Source: the human T2T-CHM13v2.0 reference genome, Homo sapiens
Assembly (NCBI RefSeq): GCF_009914755.1
Contig: NC_060926.1
Length of the DNA stretch: 64,000 bases
Direction: 5' to 3' (one strand)
The translations under genes and the position numbers were made by a program. Within the stretch, counting starts at the first letter, position 1; every line of letters begins with the position of its first letter. The notes beneath the pieces are model-generated. The model made no database searches, was not told the DNA's origin, and was given only the letters and a program-made list of their open reading frames with translations. This document shows, piece by piece, positions 17,936 through 34,962 of this stretch.

Positions 17936-20900
17936 GTTACCATAAGGCTTGCAAATACTATCTTATAAACCTTATTTTAACCTGATAACAACTTAACACT
18001 ATTTGCATAAACAAACACACAGCAAGAAGAAAACTAATAGAAACTAGTCTTAACTTTGCTCCCTACTTTTTAACTCTTTGTGATTTTCATTTATATCTTG
18101 TTGTACTGCCTATATCTTAAAAAGTTGTTTAGTTATTATTTTTGATTTGTTCATTGTTTAGTCTTTATATGTAGGATAACAGTAGTTTGCACACACAGTT
18201 ACAATGTTATAATATTCTGTGTATTTCTGTGTACTTACTATTACCAGTGAGTTTTGTACCTTCAGATGATTTCTTCTTGCTCATGAGCTTCCTTTTCTTT
18301 CTGATTGAAGTACTCCCTGTAGCATTTCTTGTAGGATCGGTCTGGAATTGATAAAATTCCTCAACTTTTGTCTTGGAAAGTCTTTATTTCTCCTTCCTGT
18401 TTGAAGGATATTTTCACCAGATATACTATTCTGGGGTAAAAGGTTTTTTTTTCTTCAGCACTTTAAATATGTCATGCCACTCTCTCCTGGCCTGTAAGGG
18501 TTCCACTGAAAAGGCTGCTGCCAGATGTATTGGAACTCCATTGTTTGTTATTTATCTCTTCTCTTGCTGCTTTTAGAATCTTTTCTTTATCCTTGACCTT
18601 TGGGAGTTTGATTATTAAATGCCTTGAGGTAGTTTTCTTTGGGTTAAATGTGCTTGGTGTTCTCTAGCCTTCTCATACTTGAATATAGGTATCTTTCTCT
18701 AGGTTTGGAAAGTTTTCTGTTATTATCCCTTTGAATAAACTTTCTACTCCTATCTCTTTCTCTACCTCCACTTTATGGGCAATAACTATTAGATTTGCCC
18801 CTTTGAGGCTATTTTCTAGATCCTATAAGCATGCTTCATTGTTGTTTATTCTTTTTTCTTTTGTCTCCTCTGACCATGTATTTTCAAATGGCCTGTCTTC
18901 AAGCTCAGTAATTATTTCTTGTGTTTGGTCCATTCTGCTATTAAAGGACTTTGATGCATTCTTCATTATGCCAATTGCATTTTTCAGCTCCAGAATTTCT
19001 GCTTGATTCTTTCTAATGATTTCAATCTCTTTGTTAAATTTATATGCTGGAATTCTGAATTCCTCCTCTGTGTTATTTGGAATTTCTTTGAGTTTCCTCA
19101 ACACAGCTATTTTGAATTCTCTGTCTGAAAGGTCGCTTATATCTGTTTCTCCAGCGTTAGTCCCTGGCACCTTATTTAATTCATTTGATGAGGTCATGGT
19201 TTTCCTGAATGGCGTTGATGCTAGCAGACATTCTTCAGTGTCTGGGCATTGAAGAGTTAGGTGTTTATTGTAGTCTTCATTGTCTGGGCTTATTTGTAGC
19301 CGTCCTTCTTGGAAAGGCTTTCCAGATATTTGAAAGGACTTAGGTGTTGTAATCTAAGCTGTTTCTGCTTTAGGGGGCACCCCAAGCCTAGTAACGCTGT
19401 GGTTCTTGCAGACTTGTAGATGTATTGCCTTGATGGTCTTGGACAAGATCCAAGATACTTCTCTGGATTCCAGCACATACTCTTGCTTTCTTCCCTTACT
19501 TCCTCCCAAAAATACAGAGTCTCTCTCTCTCTCTCACTCTCTCTCTCTCTCTCTGTCTCTCTCTCTGTTCTGAGCCACCTCAAGCTGGGGGTGGAGTGAC
19601 ACAAGCATCCTTGTGGCCATCACCACTATGACTGTGCTGGATCAGACCTGAAACCAGCACAGCTCTGGGTCTCACCCAAGGCCTGCTGTAACCACCTCCT
19701 GGCTACTGCCTATGTTTGCTCAACGCCCTTGGGCTTTACAATCAGCAGGTGATACAGCCAGCCAGACCTGCATCCCTCCCTTCAGAATGGCAAGGTCCCC
19801 CAGGCCCTGGGTGGGTCCAGAAGTGCCATCTAGGAGTCAGGGACTAGAGTCAAAAACCTTAGCATTCCACCTGGTATTTTATTGTATTGCAGCTGAGCTG
19901 GCACTCAAACCACAAGATGCAGTCCTTCCCATTCTTCCCTCTTATTTGCAAAGACAGAGGAGCCTCACCTTGTAGCCACTGCCACCCCTGGCCATGGACA
20001 GTACTGCCAGACTTCTGCTGGTGTTCCCTTAAGGCCCAAGGTCTTAAGTCAACTTGTGGTGAATGCTGCCTGGCCTGAGACTTGCCCTTCAAGGCAGTGG
20101 GCTCCCCTCTATCCCAGGGGAGCTCCAGAAATGCTGTCCGAGTCAAGTCCTGGAATCAGGGACCCCAAAAGCCCTCTTGATGCTCTATCCCCCTGCAGCA
20201 GTGTTGGTACCTAAGTTATAAGGCAAAGTCCCCTTTACCTTTCCTTGTGCTTTCCTCAAGCAGAATGAGTTTTGCTCCATAGCCATCACAGCTGAGAATG
20301 TGCTGAATCTCACCTAGAGCCAGTAAGTCTCAGAGGCTCACCAAGGCCCTTGACGTAGTACGAGGTTTCACTGCTGGTATTCAGGTTCCAAGGTCTCTTC
20401 AGTTAGCAGGCGATGAACGCTGGCAGGACTGGGCCCTTTCTTTTAAGGCAGCAGGTTCCCTTCTAGCCCAGGGTGTGTTCAGAAATGTCATCTGGAAGCT
20501 AGGGCCTGGCACAGGGGCCTCATGATTCTGACCAGTGCCCTATCCTGCTGTGGCTGAGCTGGTCTCCTAAATGCAAGACAAAGTCCTCCCCACTTTTCCC
20601 TCTCCTCTCCTCAAGTAGAAGGAAAGGGTCTCTTTTGGAGCCGCAAGCTGTGCATCCTGGGATTAGGGGAGGAGTGATGTCGGTACTCCCTTGGCTGCTT
20701 CAGCTAGTGTTTCAGTATGTCATACTCCCCTTTACCCAGTTCACTGTCTCTGGGCCTAGTACAGCCCTAGAACTCACCTAAGAGTTGCAATCTTTATGGA
20801 CTAGACTGCCTTTCAAGTTTACTTGAGGCCAAGACCATTTTGGCCCTCGGTGGTGAGGTCTGTGGGCATTCAAGTTCAGACCTCTGAGATCAGCAATTTC

Positions 20901-21552
20901 CCTCAGCCTAGGGCTGGTTTAAATGCTCCCTCAATGCTGGGCACGGTGGCTCATGCCTGTAATCCCAGCACTTAGGGAGGCTGAGGTGGGTGGATCACTT
21001 GAGGCCAGGAGTTTGAGACCAGCCTGGCCAACATGGCGAAACCCAATCTGTACTGAAAATACAAAAATTAGCCAGGTGTGGTGGTGCATGCCGGTAATCC
21101 CAGCTACTCAGGAAGCAGAGATTCGCTTGAACCTCGGAGGCAGAGGCTGCAGTGAGCCAAGATCATACCACTGCACTCCAGCCTAGATGACAGAGTGAGA
21201 CTCCATCTCAAAAAATAAGAATAAATAAATAAATAAATAAATAAACGCTCTCTCAGTGGGTGGGTGTCAGCTGAGTTTGGTCTGGGTTTCCTTTCTGCTC
21301 TAACAGAATAGCACTGATTTCAGTGCCTCCCAATTGTCTCCCACCAGGGCTCAGGGATTCTCTTTATGCCACACCGCCACTGTGGGTTCAGGGGGTTGGG
21401 TGACATAGGAGATGCAGAACTTTTTTTTTTCTATTTCTTCAGTGTCTCTGAGTTATATAAAATGAAAACCAGGTACTATGAGTGCTCACCTGAGTTTTGG
21501 TTCTTATGAAGGTGGTTTTTCCTGTGTAGATAGTTGCTAACTTGGTGTCTTC
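17936..21552 (-). mobile_element. Old L1 (L1PB/L1MA-type) 5'UTR + ORF1 region
   Basis: ORF 18823-19197 (DLSDREFKIAVLRKLKEI...IRKNQAEILELKN) is L1 ORF1p coiled-coil-like. A (CT)n tract lies at ~19520-19566. Confidence 0.8.
20936..21245 (+). mobile_element. Alu (AluS)
   Basis: Dimeric Alu with an (AAAT)n tail. TSD aaatgctccctcaat / aaacgctctctcagt. Confidence 0.95.
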
Positions 21553-21840
21553 TCTGTCCAGATTCTTTTCCAGTATTGACAATCCTTTACATAGAAAACT
21601 GTGTGTAATGAGTTCTAAAGGTTCTTATGACCCCTGATTGAGAAGCTGAATTAGAGATATTGGGTTTGGGAGCAGGTAGACCACTTTGACACCTTTAGGG
21701 TTCTGGGTGGCTAGGGACATTGTCCAATATCAAAAGAACTTTAAAAAACAATCCCTTACTGGCAATGCATTTTCTGCCTTCAGGGACAAAGCATCGATGA
21801 AAGCAATCCAGAAAAATTGTTCTTGTTGACTAGGCTTCTT
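21553..21840 (-). mobile_element. Tigger2 internal fragment
   Basis: Paralogous to ~3311-3611. Confidence 0.8.
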
Positions 21841-23924
21841 GAGAGACTTATTCACTATCAAGAGAACAGCATGGGAAAGACCTGCCCCCATGATTCAATT
21901 TTCCCACCAGGATCCTCCCACAACAGTGGGAATTGTGGGAGTTACAATTCAAGATGAGATTTAGGTGGGGACACAGCCAAACCATATGATTCCACCCTGG
22001 TCCCTCCCAAATCTCATGTCCTCACATTTCAAAACCAATCATGCCCTCCCAACAGTCCCGCAAAGTCTCAGCATTAACTCAAAAGTCCACAGTTCAACGT
22101 CTCATCTGAGACAAGGCAAGTCCCTTCCACCTATGGGCCTGTAAAATCAAAAGCAAGTTAGTTACTTCCTAGACACAATGAGGGTACAGGTATTGGGTAA
22201 ATACACCATTCCAACTGGGAAAAATTGGCCAATAAGGGGGCTACAGGCCCCATGCATGTCAGAAATCCGGCAGGGCAGTCAAATCTTAAAGCTCCAAAAT
22301 GATCTCCTTTGACTCCATGTCTCACATCCAGGTCTTGCTGATGTAAGAGGTGAGTTCCCATGGTCTTAGGCAGCTCCACCCCTGTGGCTTTGCAGGGTAC
22401 AGCCTCCCTTCCAGCTGCTTTCACAGAGTGGCATTGAGTGTCTGTGGCTTTTCCAGGTGCACAGTGCAAACTATTGGTGGACCTACCATTCTGAGGTGGA
22501 GGGATGGTGGCCCTCTTCTCACAGTTCCACTAGGCAGTCCCCCAGTTGTTGCTCTGTTTGGGGGCTTCAACCCCAAATTTCCCTTCTGCACTGTTCTAGC
22601 AGAGGTTCTCTGTGAGGGTCCTGCCCCTGCAGCAAACTTCTTTCTGGACATCCAGGCATATCCATACAGCCTCTGAAATCTAGGCAGAGGTTCCCAAACC
22701 TCAATTCTTGACTTCTGTGCACCCACAGTCTCAACCCCACATGGAAGCTGCCAAGGCTCGGCACTTGCACCTTCTGAAGCCATGGTGTGAGCTGTACTTT
22801 GGCTCCTTTTGGACACAGCTGGAGCAGTTGGGATGCAAGACACCAAGTCCCTAGGCTGCACACAGCAGGGGGCCCTGGGCCTGTCACACAAAACCATTGT
22901 TTCCTCCTAGGCCTCCAGGCCTGTGATGGGAGGGACTGCTGTGAAGACCTCTGACATGCCCTGGAGACATTTTCCCCATGGTTTTGGGGATTAACATTCG
23001 GCTCCTCATTACTTATGGAAATTTCTGCAGCCGGCTTAAATTTCTCCTCAGAAAATGGGATTTTCTTTTCTATCACATTTTCAGGCTGCAAATTTTCCAA
23101 ACCTTTATGCTCTGTTTCCCTTTTAAAACTGAATGCCTTTAACAGCACCCAAATCACCTCTTGAATGCTTTGCTTTTTAAAAATTTCTCACACCAGTTAC
23201 CCTAAATCATCTTTCTAAGGTTCAAAGTTCCACAAATCACTAGGTCAGGGGCAAAATGCTGCCAGTCTCTTTGCTAAAACATAACAAGAGTCACCTTTCC
23301 TCCAGTTCCCAACGAGTTCCTCATCTCCATTTGAAACCACCTCAGTCTGGACTTTATTGTCCATATTGCTATCAGCATTTTGGGCAAAGCTATTCAACAA
23401 ATCTCTAGGGAGTTCCAAACTTTCCTACATTTTCCTGTCTTCTTCTGAGCCCTCCAAACTTTGCCAACCTCTGCCTGTTACCCAGTTCTAAAGTCCCTTC
23501 CACGTTTTCAGGTATCTTTTCAGTAGCAATCCACTCTACTGGTACCAATTGACTGTATTAGTCTGTTTTCATGCTGCTGATAAAGACATGCCTGAGACTA
23601 AGGAATTTACAAAAGACAGAGGTTTAATTGACTTAGAGTTCCACATGGCTGGGGAGGCCTCACAATCATGGCAAAAGTCAAGAAGGAGAAAGTCACATCC
23701 TCCATGGATGGCAGCAGGCAAAGAAAGAGAGCTTGTGCAGGAAAACTTCCATTTTTAAAACCACCAGATCTCGTGAGACTTACTTACTACTATGAGAACA
23801 TCACGGGAAACACCCAGCCCCATGATTCAATTATCTCCCTCCAGGTTCCTTCCATGACACGTGGAAATTGTGGGAGTTCCAATTCAAGATGAGCTTTGGG
23901 TGGGGACACAGCCAAACCATATCA
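21841..23924 (-). mobile_element. THE1 (MaLR) element: complete LTR 23554-23924, internal region, truncated second LTR 21841-~21990
   Basis: LTR tgtattagtctgttttcatgctgctgataaagac...gggacacagccaaaccatatca. The internal boundary is ctactggtaccaatt. Confidence 0.88.
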
Positions 23925-24575
23925 TTATTGAATTTGATTTGCTGAAATATTGTTTTACATTTTCGTATCTAAGGTCATGAGGATCTGTAGTTTTTGTATC
24001 TTGTCACATCTTTATCTGGTTTTGGTATTGTGGTAATGTTGGTCTCACAGAATGAATTAGGGCATTTCACATCCTTCTGTTTTCCGGACTAGATTGTGAG
24101 AAATTGGTATTATTTCTTCCTTCAGTGTTTGGTAGAATTTATCAGTGAAGTCATCAGAACTTTACCGTTTTGTTTGTGGGAACATTTGAAGTCAAAATTC
24201 AATTTGAATTTAAAAGGTACAGATTATGTCATTTGTGTTATTAATTTCTTCTTGTGTAAAGTCTGACAGCTTGTGTCTTTTAAGAAATTTGTCCATTCCA
24301 TCTAAGTTGTAGATTTTATTGGCATGAAGTTGTTCATGTTTCTTATTGTTTTAATACCTGTAGAATTTATGGTGATACTACTGCTCTCATTCCTGATATT
24401 GGTAATTTATATCTTCTGTCTTTTTTCCTAATCAGTCTGGGTAGAGATTTATCAAGTTAATTGATTTGCCCCAAAAGCTAGCTTTGGTGTCATTGGTTTT
24501 CTCCATTGTTTTTCTATTTCCTATTTCATTGATTTCTACACTGAAGTTAGCCTCCAGGGAAGGTAGATCACTCAC

Positions 24576-25716
<1,141 letters not shown>

Positions 25717-26319
25717 TGAATATTTAAAAAGATTCCTTACGGAACTGGGATTTGACATTTGTGTTTGTTGCATCTAAAATTTCTTTTCTGTGTAAAAAAT
25801 TATTTTGTGCCATCCACGTGTTTGTTGGTTAGCAACTTTTATATAATGGCCTCGTTAATATGTATGTGTATACGATTGGTTAATTGCTCATAATTTCCAC
25901 TGCATTTTTAAAATTTTGAAACAGAGTATTGCTATGGTGCCCTGGCTAGACTCAAACTCCTGGGCTCAAGTGATCCTCCTATCTAAGCCTTCCAAGCAAT
26001 TATGACTTTTTTAGTATTTTTGGAAAAGTATTTAAAAGCACAATAAGAAATGAAAATTTCATTTTTAACTAACCTGTACTACCTGCTGCAGTAAAATGTT
26101 CTTTGCAGTTTTGTATGCATGTGTTTCCATCTGTTGAAATTATATATAAGCATATATGTAAATATTTATACTTATTTTATGAAAATCAAATCAACTATCA
26201 GGCTGGACATGTTGTTCTTTACTATGCGTTTTTACTTGCCAGTAAACCAGAGACATCTTCACAGATTTGACATGTTCTTTTAATAATTGCATAAAAGTCT
26301 TTACTTTGGATGCAACATA

Positions 26320-27538
26320 GACACAAGCTTTCCCAGGTGTTTTTCTGCTAAAGATTTGGCTAACTTCTTCAAAACAACAATGATAAGCAGATGTTATCTT
26401 TCTTTGACCCTGAAGAAAGTATAAAGCAGAATGCCCTTAGCCACCCAAAAAACTGTTACCATGATGTTTGGTCTTGTCCAGTCTGCTTTTGATTTGACTG
26501 GATCACTTTCATCTCTTGGTAGCCATTGCTTTGCTTGTGCTTTGTCTTCATTATCATACTGGTAAATCTATGTTTCATCTTCTGTTACAATCTTTGAAGA
26601 GATACTTCAAGGTTTTTTGTTTGTTTGTTTGTTTTGAGACAGAGTTTCACTCTTGTTGTCGAGGCTGGGGTGCAATGGTGCGATCTTGGCTCACCACAAC
26701 CTCTGCCTCCTGGGTTCAAGCGATTCACCTGCCTCAGCCTCCTGAGTAGCTGGGATTATAGGCACATGCCACCACACCCAGCTAATTTTGTAATTTTAGT
26801 AGAGGCAGGGTTTCTCCATGTTGGTCAGGCTGGTCTCGAACTCCTGACCTCAGGTGATCTGCCTGCCTCGGCCTCCCAAAGTGCTGGGATTACAGGTGTG
26901 AGCCACCGTACCTGGCCAAGGTCTGGATCCCACTTGTTTATAATTTCCATTGAAGGGTTTGTTCTTGTCTGCAGCTGATCTGGCTGCAATGATTTTGGCA
27001 CCCAACAAGTAGAAAATTTGTTCAACTGAAATTTTTGTCAGAATTGTGTAAACTGTCCTGACTGAGATATCTATTGTGTTGGCTATTGTTTCTGCTGTTA
27101 ATTGTCAGTCTTCTTCAGTTAGAGCATGAGCAAGATGAATTGTTTCCTTGCAAATTGGTATGGATGGTCTGCTGGTGTAGGCTTTATTTGCAACCTTGTC
27201 CTGTCCCTTCTTAAAAGGAATTACTCATTTGTAAACTGCAAATTTCTTTTGACCATTTTTCCCATTAACTTTTTTTTAAAGCATCAGTGATTTCACCATT
27301 CTTCCACTCATATCTCAGCATAAATTTTATGCTATTGCTTCAATTGCTGCAGAATTCATGTTGTTTTGATGGGGGCTTTTTTCCAACTGATGTCCTATCC
27401 TTCTTAGTGCCTCAAACTAGATCCTATTCAGACATGTTTTAACAAGTTAGTAAAAGTTTGTTTGGCACAAAGAAATTTGAAATCCATGCTTAAGTTTTTC
27501 ATAATATGAATTTTCATGAATTGTTTGATGATCCCTCA
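26320..27538 (-). mobile_element. HSMAR2 mariner transposon, one end deleted, interrupted by an Alu
   Basis: The right end ttttcatgaattgtttgatgatccctca and the adjacent tagtgcctcaaactagatcctattcagacatg match the reverse complement of the HSMAR2 5' end as recalled. It is absent from the paralogous introns. Confidence 0.72.
26613..26917 (-). mobile_element. Alu (AluSp/Sq-like)
   Basis: Antisense dimeric Alu (gagtttcactcttgttg; tttctccatgttggtcagg). Confidence 0.93.
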
Positions 27539-29734
27539 TCTATTACTTTTTTAGCAATGGACCATGCAATTTTGGCTATGTTCTGGCTTCTTACAAGGTT
27601 CAGTAGACTTTGTAACACAGTTGTATGTCTCACACATCGGCAGCTGTTTGGTAAAGGATTGACTTTTAGCCAACTCATGGGAAAATGAAATAATGTAAAA
27701 AACAGGAAGACTACAGTTTTAGACCTTTCAAGTGAGGCATGGCTTTCAGCTCTTGGCAAGAACAGGCGAGGAGATGCAAGCCTCTACAAGGCTAGACTTT
27801 TCAAAGTGCTTCTCTCCCCTTTACCCTCCTTCAGTTACAGCACCAAGCACCACCCAGGTATTACCTGCAGCCTCACCCTCTACCCAGTTGTGGGATCCTG
27901 CCACTTCCTGAACCCACACTGAGTTCCTTGTGGCTCACAGGGTCACCCAGAGGGCTTCCGAGATACGGAAAGCTATGTGTGATTTTATATCACCTATCAT
28001 GTTAAGATATGTATAAAATAGGAAACATATTGGCCATATATCATTTTATATATTTTTGGTTTTACATGTCTAAAAAATACATGTTTTTTTGTATGTATTA
28101 AAGGATAGGTATGTATAAGAGGTTTTATAGAAGTGGAAAGTTATATTTTTTGCATATCTTTATGAATTATAATAAAGGAAGGAAAATTCTCAAAGAGGAA
28201 TTCAGATATCAAAGAGTGCCCTTTGACAAAGAGCCTTGGTTACAACATACCTACAAAAGTGAACTGTCATTGAAAGACCTATGGACACTGGATTTCTCTT
28301 TCCTTATTTAGAAGGGCAGGCTGTGTCTTGGAAAAGCATACAGTTTGTTGTATCTTGCTGGACAACAGGAGTCATAGTCTGAAGTGTCTGATGAGAAGGA
28401 AGCATCACTTGATGGAGTGTGCATCTGTGCCTGTGTGTGTCCACGCGTGTTTGTGTGTGTGCATGCACACATGTGTCAGCATGCAGTGTCTCAGATCCTA
28501 CATAGGGGTTTTTCCTGAAGGTCTCCAGTAGCAAAAACTCATTGAGTCTATCCAGGGGAATTACATCCAATGCTGTAATTAAATACTTTAACAAAGATAG
28601 CAGATCATCATTCAAGAGAACATCAAGATAGTTTTAATTAAGAAAAAAAAAAGGAATCACTGCCAGGCTTTTTTAGTTTTTGGTGAGTTCCAGCAGAATT
28701 GATGACTAGGTCCAGTAGGAAGGAATTCAGGATTACTCTTTACCATCCAGGGTGAGTGTAGCTCTGGAGAACTGGGGATGGGAGGTGACTGCACAGCAAG
28801 AAAAGATCTGGGCTTCCCCCATTGCTCTAAGATCTGGTTCCATTGTGAGATTCAAATTAAGAGTAAGCTGTTAATGGGCAAGTCCAAGGCCTCTCACCAG
28901 GATTATTTATTTCAACTTTTTTTTGTCAAAGTTTTCAAATGTATAGCAAGGAGAGACTACAGTGTAATGAGCACCCATATATCCATCTTTGTGTTACATA
29001 ATTTTCAATATTTTATTATACTGATTCATGTATCTGCTCTTTTGTTCTTTTTTTAAAAATAAATTTTGGCTATAATTTTTTAATGGAAATGCTGGAGATA
29101 TCATTCTATCCCCAAATACTTCACTAAATGTAAGAAATAAGGAAAAAAGGAAAATTTGTTACATAGCCACAATATCATTATCATTCCTCACAAAATCAAT
29201 AACTCTTTAATATTGTCTCACTCATAATGCATAATGAAATTTCCCCTAATTGTCTCAAAAATGTCTTGTACATGCAGATCAGTAGAACGGAGTTGAGAAT
29301 CCAGATATAAACCCATACATCCTTGGCCAATTGATTTTTACTGTGGTGCCAAGACTGTTCAAATGGGAAAGAATAATCTCTTCAACAGAGGTCGCTGAGA
29401 CAGCTGCATATCCACATGCAAAAGAATGAAGATGCACCCTTATATGCAAAAACTAACTTGAAATGGATCAAATAGCTAAATAGAAAAGCTAGAAGTGTAA
29501 AAGTTTAGAAGGAAACATTTGGGGAAGTATTTATGACCCAGATTTGGAAATGGTTTCTGTGATGTGACACACACATTGTTGTGTATGAGAAACAACAACA
29601 ACAAAAAACACAGACATCAAAATAAAACACTTTTGTGTGTCAAGGACACTATCGAGAGAGTGAAAAGTGAACCCACATGGCCTCTCTAAGATGTGCAAGT
29701 AAACATGTACGTGCCTGACATGGAGGCTCCTGGG

Positions 29735-31036
<1,302 letters not shown>

Positions 31037-31450
31037 TATAGCATCTTGTTTCTTAGCATAACCTGTACTAATCGTAGATATATCTCTGTACTCCAGCAGA
31101 GCATCATAAAATTAAGTAGTTTACAGCAGAGAGTCTCAACCTATCAGTGATTAAGGAATAGAAAAAAACGTTTTCTGCAGTTGATTATATATTCATAATT
31201 GTTTGTAATATATAACAAAAATGAAAAGCTAGAAAGTGAAATGAAATAAACCACAGCCCTATAAAATGCAAAACTACTGATGATTGCTTGGCGACATAGC
31301 AACACCAATTGCTACAGGAATTTCTAAGCATTTCCTGCAGGGTCTGCACCCATGCTGAGGTGGTTAGGTAACACAACGAGCTGCAAACCACATCTTGAAC
31401 AGACTGTTTTAGACCCAGTCCAGTGGCTCTATGTGAGTAGTGTTTAATCA

Positions 31451-31774
<324 letters not shown>

Positions 31775-31946
31775 CTAAAGAAAGAAAGAAAGAAAAAGTG
31801 AACAGAATACTTTCTGTTTTGTTAATGTGCTAATTACATGGTCACAAACAGTGACTAATTTGTGATCACCAGGGCAAAGTCTATTATCAGCTACCTGTTT
31901 TCCTTGTAACCTTGTGTTTTGGGAACCTAGCAACTCTACTCCCCAC

Positions 31947-32056
31947 TAAGTGACAACCCATGCAGGTTTGCCCAGATTATTCCCAGTTTAACACTGGAAG
32001 TCTCACGTCCTGGGAGACTCTTCATTCCCCAAGGAGCAGGGACAGCAGGTCACTGT
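31947..32056. mobile_element. MER81-like hAT MITE
   Basis: ~110 bp with degenerate gtgac...gtcac termini and an internal ggtttgccc...cccagttttaacactggaagtc. Confidence 0.5.
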
Positions 32057-32561
32057 CACTGGAGCACTGGAAGCTGGCCACATCATTAGCAGATTCAGAA
32101 GGGGCACGACTTAAGGAGGCTCATGCTTCTCTTGTCTTCTGCCTTAGGCTGTCATTTCCAATGGGTGACAAGTTCCTTCCATGCAGAAGCCAGGCCAGGA
32201 GATAAAGTCATCTTGTCCTAGAAAAACTGTTAGAAAGAAGGGAAACTGTCTAGTGTGTTTCGCCAAAAGAGTTTCACAGACTCTTCTCTTGTAGGGGATA
32301 TGGGGGTGGGTGATCACTGTCCTGGTCTCCCTGAAGCAAGGACGCCTCTCTGGCCTCAGGGTGCCTGTCAGGCAAGTCTCTCCTGTCCCTGGAGGTTCAC
32401 AGAGCAGCATCCCTGCAAGAGCAATGCTAAGTGGGGTTGGCTTTGAGCCCCAGCCATTCTCTTAACAATTCTTTTAGTTAAGTATCAGTTCCCCCATCCC
32501 CTCACTCCAGCATTTTTTGCCTCTTGCTATGATCAGTTTTCTCACTTTCACTTTTACACCT

Positions 32562-33494
32562 CTGATCACTGAAAAATTACAGAATTATAAGTTTGGAAAA
32601 GGAGTCTATATTTCTTGGAAAAGGTTACAACCTTCAAGGTGGCCATCTAGCTGGCTGGGAAGCATGACCTCTGGCAAATACCAGAGACAGGCCCTTGAAA
32701 GGAGAAGGGATGGGGTAGGAGCTTTATGCTGAACAAACAGGGTAAACATACATATTCACCAGGTTACAGAAGGAGCTATGAATATTTATGAAGGCCATCC
32801 TGACTCATGCGTATTGAACACACATGCATGTTACATATGACCCGTGTTCACCCTGGGGTGGAGACATCATATTTAAATGGATTACAATTAGGCCCTATAC
32901 ATCAAAAGGTCTCTTCAGGGCACAAAGGCACTCAAATTCACAGTCTCCGTAAACTGGCCAGAACCAGTCTGTGATCACCAGTCACTGGTCTTCTTACCAG
33001 GAGAAAGTTACTGAAATCAGCCTCTTGTCCAATGAAAGCAGTATTTGTGGCTTATGGAACAAGGAATGGACGTCAGTTAGTCAGTGTCCGGTGGAGGTGC
33101 ACTTGTTTAACATTGTTTTTCTCTAGACCTGTGCTTATTTAGCTGCTAGAGAAAAAGAAAAACTCTGTGGCAGTTGGAACATAGTTTATTCTTTAAGTGT
33201 AGGCGCCCATGACTCAACTCTTGCCTGGCGTGGTTTGAGGTCTTGTGTGTAGTTTTGTATCTGATTGCCACAAAAAGTCCACTGAGTCCATCTCATCTCT
33301 ATTTTAACACTAAAGTGGGTCAGTTGTGTTTAAACCACAAAAGGGAGGGAGTGTGACGAGGCGTGTCCAGCCTTCTGTCCCGTCGTGGCTGTGACTCAGT
33401 TTTGAAGGTTTCTTTGGGGTCCCGCTGGCCAGGAGGGTTTGATTCACTTGTTGTGGGAGACGGGCGGCACTTAGTATTTTCTTTTCAGTTTACA
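32562..33494 (-). mobile_element. ERV1 (MER4-group) solo LTR, subfamily uncertain
   Basis: Bounded by TG...CA. The reverse complement starts TGTAAACTGAAAAGAAAATACTAAG, typical of MER34/MER39-type LTRs. Confidence 0.55.
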
Positions 33495-33899
33495 CGTTCC
33501 TGGGCATCCCTATTAAGATGTGCAGATAAACACGCACATGCTTCATGTGGCATCTCCCTTAGTTAAACATCTTTTTTTTTTTTCCTTTCCTGTGAGTCTT
33601 CCTGAAACAGGTGAGCCCAGGTGGAGCCTCCGCCTGCGTTAGGACCTAACCTTTCTACGTCTTTATGAAATCCCTGGTGTCAGTTACTGCTGCTTCCCCT
33701 CACCAGCTTCTTTCCTTTGGTCTACCCTAAGAATGTGATACCCAACACAATACACCGTCTCTTTGGCCCACTCAAGACATTCTGGTGATGCCCTGTGGCC
33801 TGCTGGCCCCCACTAGCTATCAAGGTCCCCCATCATCTCACCTTTCCTGGCTCATGGGCTTTATTTTATGCCACTCTTCATGCTCAGAAGCACCTGGCG

Positions 33900-34313
33900 G
33901 TTTAGTTTTTTTGTGTTGCTCTAAAGGAATACCTGGGGCTGGGTAATGTATAAGGAAGAGATAATATCTGGCCCTCAGTTCTGCAGGCTGTATAAGAATC
34001 ATGGTACCAACATCTGTTTCTGGCAAAAGACTTGGGCTACTTCCACTCATGGCAGAAGGTGAATGTGGAAGGTGCTGATCACAAGGTGAGAAAGAAGCAA
34101 GAGAAAAAGGAGGGGTTGCCAGGATCTTTTTAACAATCAGTTCTTGCAGGAGCAATAGGACAGGAACTCACCCATTATCGGGAAAAACATACTAGGTCAT
34201 TTGTGAGAGATCCATCCCTGTAACCCAGATACCTCCCACTAAGCCCCACCTCCAACATTAGGGATTAAATTTCAACACTTGACTTGAGGGAGTCAGATAT
34301 CTAAACTATATCA
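33900..34313 (-). mobile_element. MST LTR (paralog of 42593-43003)
   Basis: ggctgggtaatgtataagg...ctaaactatatca. Shares its right flank with the 42593-43003 copy. Confidence 0.75.
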
Positions 34314-34667
34314 TTTGATATGGTCAGTCTTTTTGATTGCAGCTATTCTAATGGGTATGTAAATTAAATTGCAATTTTAATTTGATTTTCCTATTTAAAT
34401 ATGATGTTGAGCATCTTTACGTGTGACTGTTTGCCATCTGTATATGTTCTTTGGTAAATGTTCAGGTCTATGCCACTTTTTAAGAAATTGGGTTTTCTCT
34501 TCATTATTGAGGTTTAAAAGTTATTTATATATTCTGGATATTTATACTTTATCAGTTTCTGGGCTTTTTTCCATGAAACTTTTTATTTTAGAAGAAATTT
34601 AGATTTATGCAAGGTTGCAAGAACTAGCACAGAGAATTTTCATATCCTGTGCCTAGTTTCCTCCTCT

Positions 34668-34962
<295 letters not shown>
